DNA of 29,617 nt from Elusimicrobiota bacterium (GTDB lineage: Bacteria > CG03 > SLGR01 > JBDRKX01): contig JBDRKX010000052.1 of assembly GCA_043813605.1 (NCBI GenBank), forward strand, positions 1 to 29,617, in the 5' to 3' direction. The position numbers were made by a program, and so were the translations under genes. The notes beneath the pieces were generated by a model, which was given only the letters and a program-made list of their open reading frames with translations, was not told the origin of the DNA and did not search any database. Below, in pieces: positions 26,687 to 29,617 of the stretch. Position 1 is the first letter of the stretch. Each line of letters begins with the position of its first letter.

Positions 26687-28391
26687 GAAGAAATATTCTC
26701 CTCTTGCGGAAGACCTCCTGAAAAAGAGATATCTCAGAGAGGGAGAATCTCCTTCCGGTATGTTCAGGAGGGTTGCGGCCTGGATAGCCAGGGCTGAAAA
26801 GGAGAACTCTTCTTTATGGGAAGAAAAGTATTACGAGGTTATGGAAAACCTTGATTTTCTGCCTAATTCCCCCTGTCTTATGAATGCAGGGACATCGATG
26901 CCTCAATTGGCTGCATGTTTTGTATATCCCGTTGAAGATAGTCTGGAATCCATATTTGATACGCTGAAAATATCGGCAATGACACACAAATCCGGCGGAG
27001 GTACGGGTTTCTCTTTTTCACGATTAAGACCCCGGGGGGATAGGGTAGGTAAAACCGGGGGGACCACATCCGGGCCTGTATCTTTTATGGAGATCTATGA
27101 TAAAGCAACGGAAGCCATAAGACAGGGCGGCCGCCGCCGCGGCGCTAACATGGGTATATTGAGAGTCGATCATCCCGACATCGAAGAGTTCATAGATGCA
27201 AAACAGGCTGAGGGGCGTCTTCGTAACTTTAACATATCAGTGGCTGTGACGGATGAATTTATGGATGCGCTGAAGTCCTGCGCGGAATATGACCTGTATT
27301 TTCCGTCTGAATGTGAAAAAAGGGGAAAAAAAGATGCCAAATACATATTCGAGAAGATAAGGTCCGGCGCCTGGAAGAACGGGGAACCCGGAATAATTTT
27401 CATAGACAGGATAAACAGGAAGAATCCCCTGCCCGGTTTAGGCCGCCTGGAAGCCACTAATCCCTGCGGTGAGATGCCTCTTCTGCCGTATGAAGCATGT
27501 GTACTCGGATCGGTCAACCTCTCTTCTCATGCAGTTGAAGGCGCGATTGACTGGGACAAGCTCAAGAGAACTGTCAATACTGCAGTCAGGTTCCTTGATG
27601 ATGCAATAGATGTTTCGGATTTTCCCATGAAGGAAATAACAGAGATAGTCAGGGCTAACAGGAAAATAGGACTTGGCGTAATGGGTTTTGCGTCTATGCT
27701 GATGAAGCTGGAAATACCGTATGCGTCTGCCGGTGGTGTGAAAATGGCCAGAAAGGTGATGAAGTTTATCTCAGGATGCGCTCACGAAGCTTCTGAAAAA
27801 CTGGCTGAAGAGAAAGGGGAATTCCCCAATTTCAATGTTTCAGATCTGAAGAAAAAAAGGCGTAACAGCCTGGTAACAACAATAGCGCCTACAGGGTCGA
27901 TATCGATAATAGCCGGGACATCGAGCGGAATCGAACCTGTTTATTCTCTTTCTGTACGAAGGAGAACCGAAGACGGCAGGTATTTCGATCTTACTGATCC
28001 TGTTGTGGAAGAAGTATTGGAGAGAAGAGGATTGCCTGTCGAAAAGGTAATCGCTGATGTGATACAGGCAGGAAGTATGAAAATTTCAGAACACATATCG
28101 CAAGAGGTAAGGAAGGTCTTTCTTACGGCAACAGAGATAGAGCCGAGGGTACATGTCCTTATACAGGCGGCATTTCAGAAATACGTTGATAACGCTATAT
28201 CAAAGACCGTAAATGTACCGGATAAGACCACGGTTGAAGAAGCCGGGGGGATTATAATAAAAGCCTACCGTACCGGGTGTAAAGGCATAACGCTTTACAG
28301 GCAGAATACAAGAAGGCAGCAGGTGCTCAATATCATATGTGATTGCGAGGATACTGAAACGGAATACTGTAGTATGAAAGGAGATGATTAA
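26679..28391 (+). CDS. nrdJ: Class II adenosylcobalamin-dependent ribonucleotide reductase
   Basis: FLPNSPCLMNAG, QLAACFV, SGGGTG, RRGANMG, ATNPCGE, EACVLGSVNL, TIAPTGSIS, VDNAISKTVN, GCKGITLYR. The GTG at 26679 has GGAGG 8 nt upstream and is preferred over the ATG at 26592. No nrdB/nrdF nearby. Confidence 0.9.
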   Translation: MPEKKYSPLAEDLLKKRYLREGESPSGMFRRVAAWIARAEKENSSLWEEKYYEVMENLDFLPNSPCLMNAGTSMPQLAACFVYPVEDSLESIFDTLKISAMTHKSGGGTGFSFSRLRPRGDRVGKTGGTTSGPVSFMEIYDKATEAIRQGGRRRGANMGILRVDHPDIEEFIDAKQAEGRLRNFNISVAVTDEFMDALKSCAEYDLYFPSECEKRGKKDAKYIFEKIRSGAWKNGEPGIIFIDRINRKNPLPGLGRLEATNPCGEMPLLPYEACVLGSVNLSSHAVEGAIDWDKLKRTVNTAVRFLDDAIDVSDFPMKEITEIVRANRKIGLGVMGFASMLMKLEIPYASAGGVKMARKVMKFISGCAHEASEKLAEEKGEFPNFNVSDLKKKRRNSLVTTIAPTGSISIIAGTSSGIEPVYSLSVRRRTEDGRYFDLTDPVVEEVLERRGLPVEKVIADVIQAGSMKISEHISQEVRKVFLTATEIEPRVHVLIQAAFQKYVDNAISKTVNVPDKTTVEEAGGIIIKAYRTGCKGITLYRQNTRRQQVLNIICDCEDTETEYCSMKGDD

Positions 28392-28747
28392 TGGACAAGA
28401 ACGATCTTAAAGTTTTCCTGAAACAGACAGAAAAGATAGTCAAGGACCTTGGCGCAAAAGCCGGAGATCTGGCAAAAGCTGTTGAAAAGGATGCTACTTA
28501 CGGGACAAAGGCGGGTATGATAAAGGTCGAACAGCTGGCCCTTGAGAATGACAAGAGTAAGTTTGTGAACCAGTTCGGCAAGAAAGCGTACTGGCTGATG
28601 AAGCGGAAACTCATTACGCATAAAAGCTTGGAAGACATCTATATGAAGATAGACGAAATCGAGATCAGTATAAGAAAAAAGAAGTCTGAACTTGTCAGTC
28701 TTAAGAGAAAAAGAAACACCAAGAAAAAACAAGAATTGAAAAAATAG
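28391..28747 (+). CDS. Hypothetical basic helical/coiled-coil protein
   Basis: 118-aa ORF coupled to nrdJ by a TAATG overlap, with an AGGAG RBS. Lys-rich with amphipathic heptads. Confidence 0.7.
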   Translation: MDKNDLKVFLKQTEKIVKDLGAKAGDLAKAVEKDATYGTKAGMIKVEQLALENDKSKFVNQFGKKAYWLMKRKLITHKSLEDIYMKIDEIEISIRKKKSELVSLKRKRNTKKKQELKK

Positions 28748-28809
28748 TCTTCATTTGATATATTTGATGAAGGATCAGCGGAAATGATCCGGGATCCTGA
28801 CTCTTAAGT

Positions 28810-28885
<76 letters not shown>

Positions 28886-29617
28886 CATTGAAGATTGTTG
28901 ATTTTTTGAAAATTTTCCGCGGGCGCTTCGCGCATAATCTGGATATGCCCCCAATAAATCATCGTCTGAAAAAGCTAATAAATTCCAAGGCTCTTTCCAA
29001 TCGAATACAATCTCCCTGTCCATCAGGCGGCGGTTGCTGTACTAAAGTACAGATAAAAGAATTTTATGAGCCGATTTTTAATGCTGCCCTTTCAGGTCAG
29101 CGATGAAGCAATTTAAGGAGGTATCAATATTATGAAATACTTATTATACGCAAGAAAATCGACGGAAGATGAAGAAAGACAGGTTATGTCCATTGAGGCG
29201 CAACTTGAAGAGCTCAAACAATTCGCCGAGAAAGAATCACTGTCTGTTATTGAAACATTTACGGAATCAAAATCAGCCAAGACACCCGGGAGACCTGTAT
29301 TCAATCAGATGATAGAGCGGATAAAATCATCTAAAGAGCCTCTGGGTCTATTAGTATGGCATCCTGATAGACTTGCACGGAACTCTGTAGACGGAGGTCA
29401 GATCATCTACCTGATTGATACAGGCAAGATCGTGTCTTTGAAATCCCCCACCTTCTGGTTTGAGCCTACTCCGCAAGGATTATTTATGCTTCAAGTTGCC
29501 TTCGGTCAGAGTAAATATTACTCTGATAACCTGTCTGAAAATATCAAAAGAGGAAATAGACAAAAACTCAGGCGTGGAGAATGGGCGACTCTTGCTCCTG
29601 TCGGTTATGTTAATAAC
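28886..29617. mobile_element. Probable left end of an integrated element beside tRNA-Ala
   Basis: A recombinase gene starts about 250 nt after the 3' end of a tRNA. The att sites cannot be verified inside this window. Confidence 0.45.
29132..29617 (+). CDS. Serine recombinase/integrase, N-terminal catalytic domain (3'-truncated)
   Basis: My own translation: MKYLLYARKSTEDEERQVMSIEAQ...ESKSAKTPGRPVFNQM...WHPDRLARNSVDGG...SENIKRGNRQKLRRGEWATLAPVGY. It has YARxS, GRP and DRLAR motifs plus the GxW...PxGY entry into the recombinase domain of large serine recombinases. AAGGAGG RBS. Open to the window end and absent from the ORF track. Confidence 0.92.
   Translation, partial: MKYLLYARKSTEDEERQVMSIEAQLEELKQFAEKESLSVIETFTESKSAKTPGRPVFNQMIERIKSSKEPLGLLVWHPDRLARNSVDGGQIIYLIDTGKIVSLKSPTFWFEPTPQGLFMLQVAFGQSKYYSDNLSENIKRGNRQKLRRGEWATLAPVGYVNN

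Noticed and set aside
28771..28789. Small inverted repeat GGATCA-N7-TGATCC upstream of the tRNA
   Set aside because: The 6-bp stem has no T-tract and is too weak to call as a terminator or operator.
29113..29304. 63-aa minus-strand ORF
   Set aside because: It is antisense to the serine recombinase.

Overview
A bacterial window of moderate GC, mostly on the + strand. It opens inside a giant ORF (at least 2849 aa, start upstream of the window). That ORF fuses the C-terminus of an FAD-linked oxidase (alkyl-DHAP-synthase-like), a degenerate kinase-like segment, an internal lipobox and a roughly 450-aa domain present twice. The most notable feature is a probable RiPP locus at about 8.6-14.5 kb. 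It contains two radical SAM/SPASM enzymes resembling PlpX-type peptide spliceases and a 174-aa Pro-rich precursor in which all 9 tyrosines sit in tandem XYG motifs (4 KYG, 5 MYG), followed by a strong terminator. It also contains a PqqD/RRE-like domain fused to an M50 site-2 protease, a secreted 7-repeat beta-propeller and an oppositely oriented SPFH gene. Next come a TolC-MFP-RND-RND efflux operon, a LacI-type ligand-binding protein with no HTH, a PLP-dependent enzyme, an atypical RNase HII, a class II ribonucleotide reductase (nrdJ), a small hypothetical gene and tRNA-Ala(GGC). The window ends in the start of a serine recombinase missed by the ORF track, probably the edge of an integrated element. 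All family assignments come from reading motifs by eye; no database searches were run.
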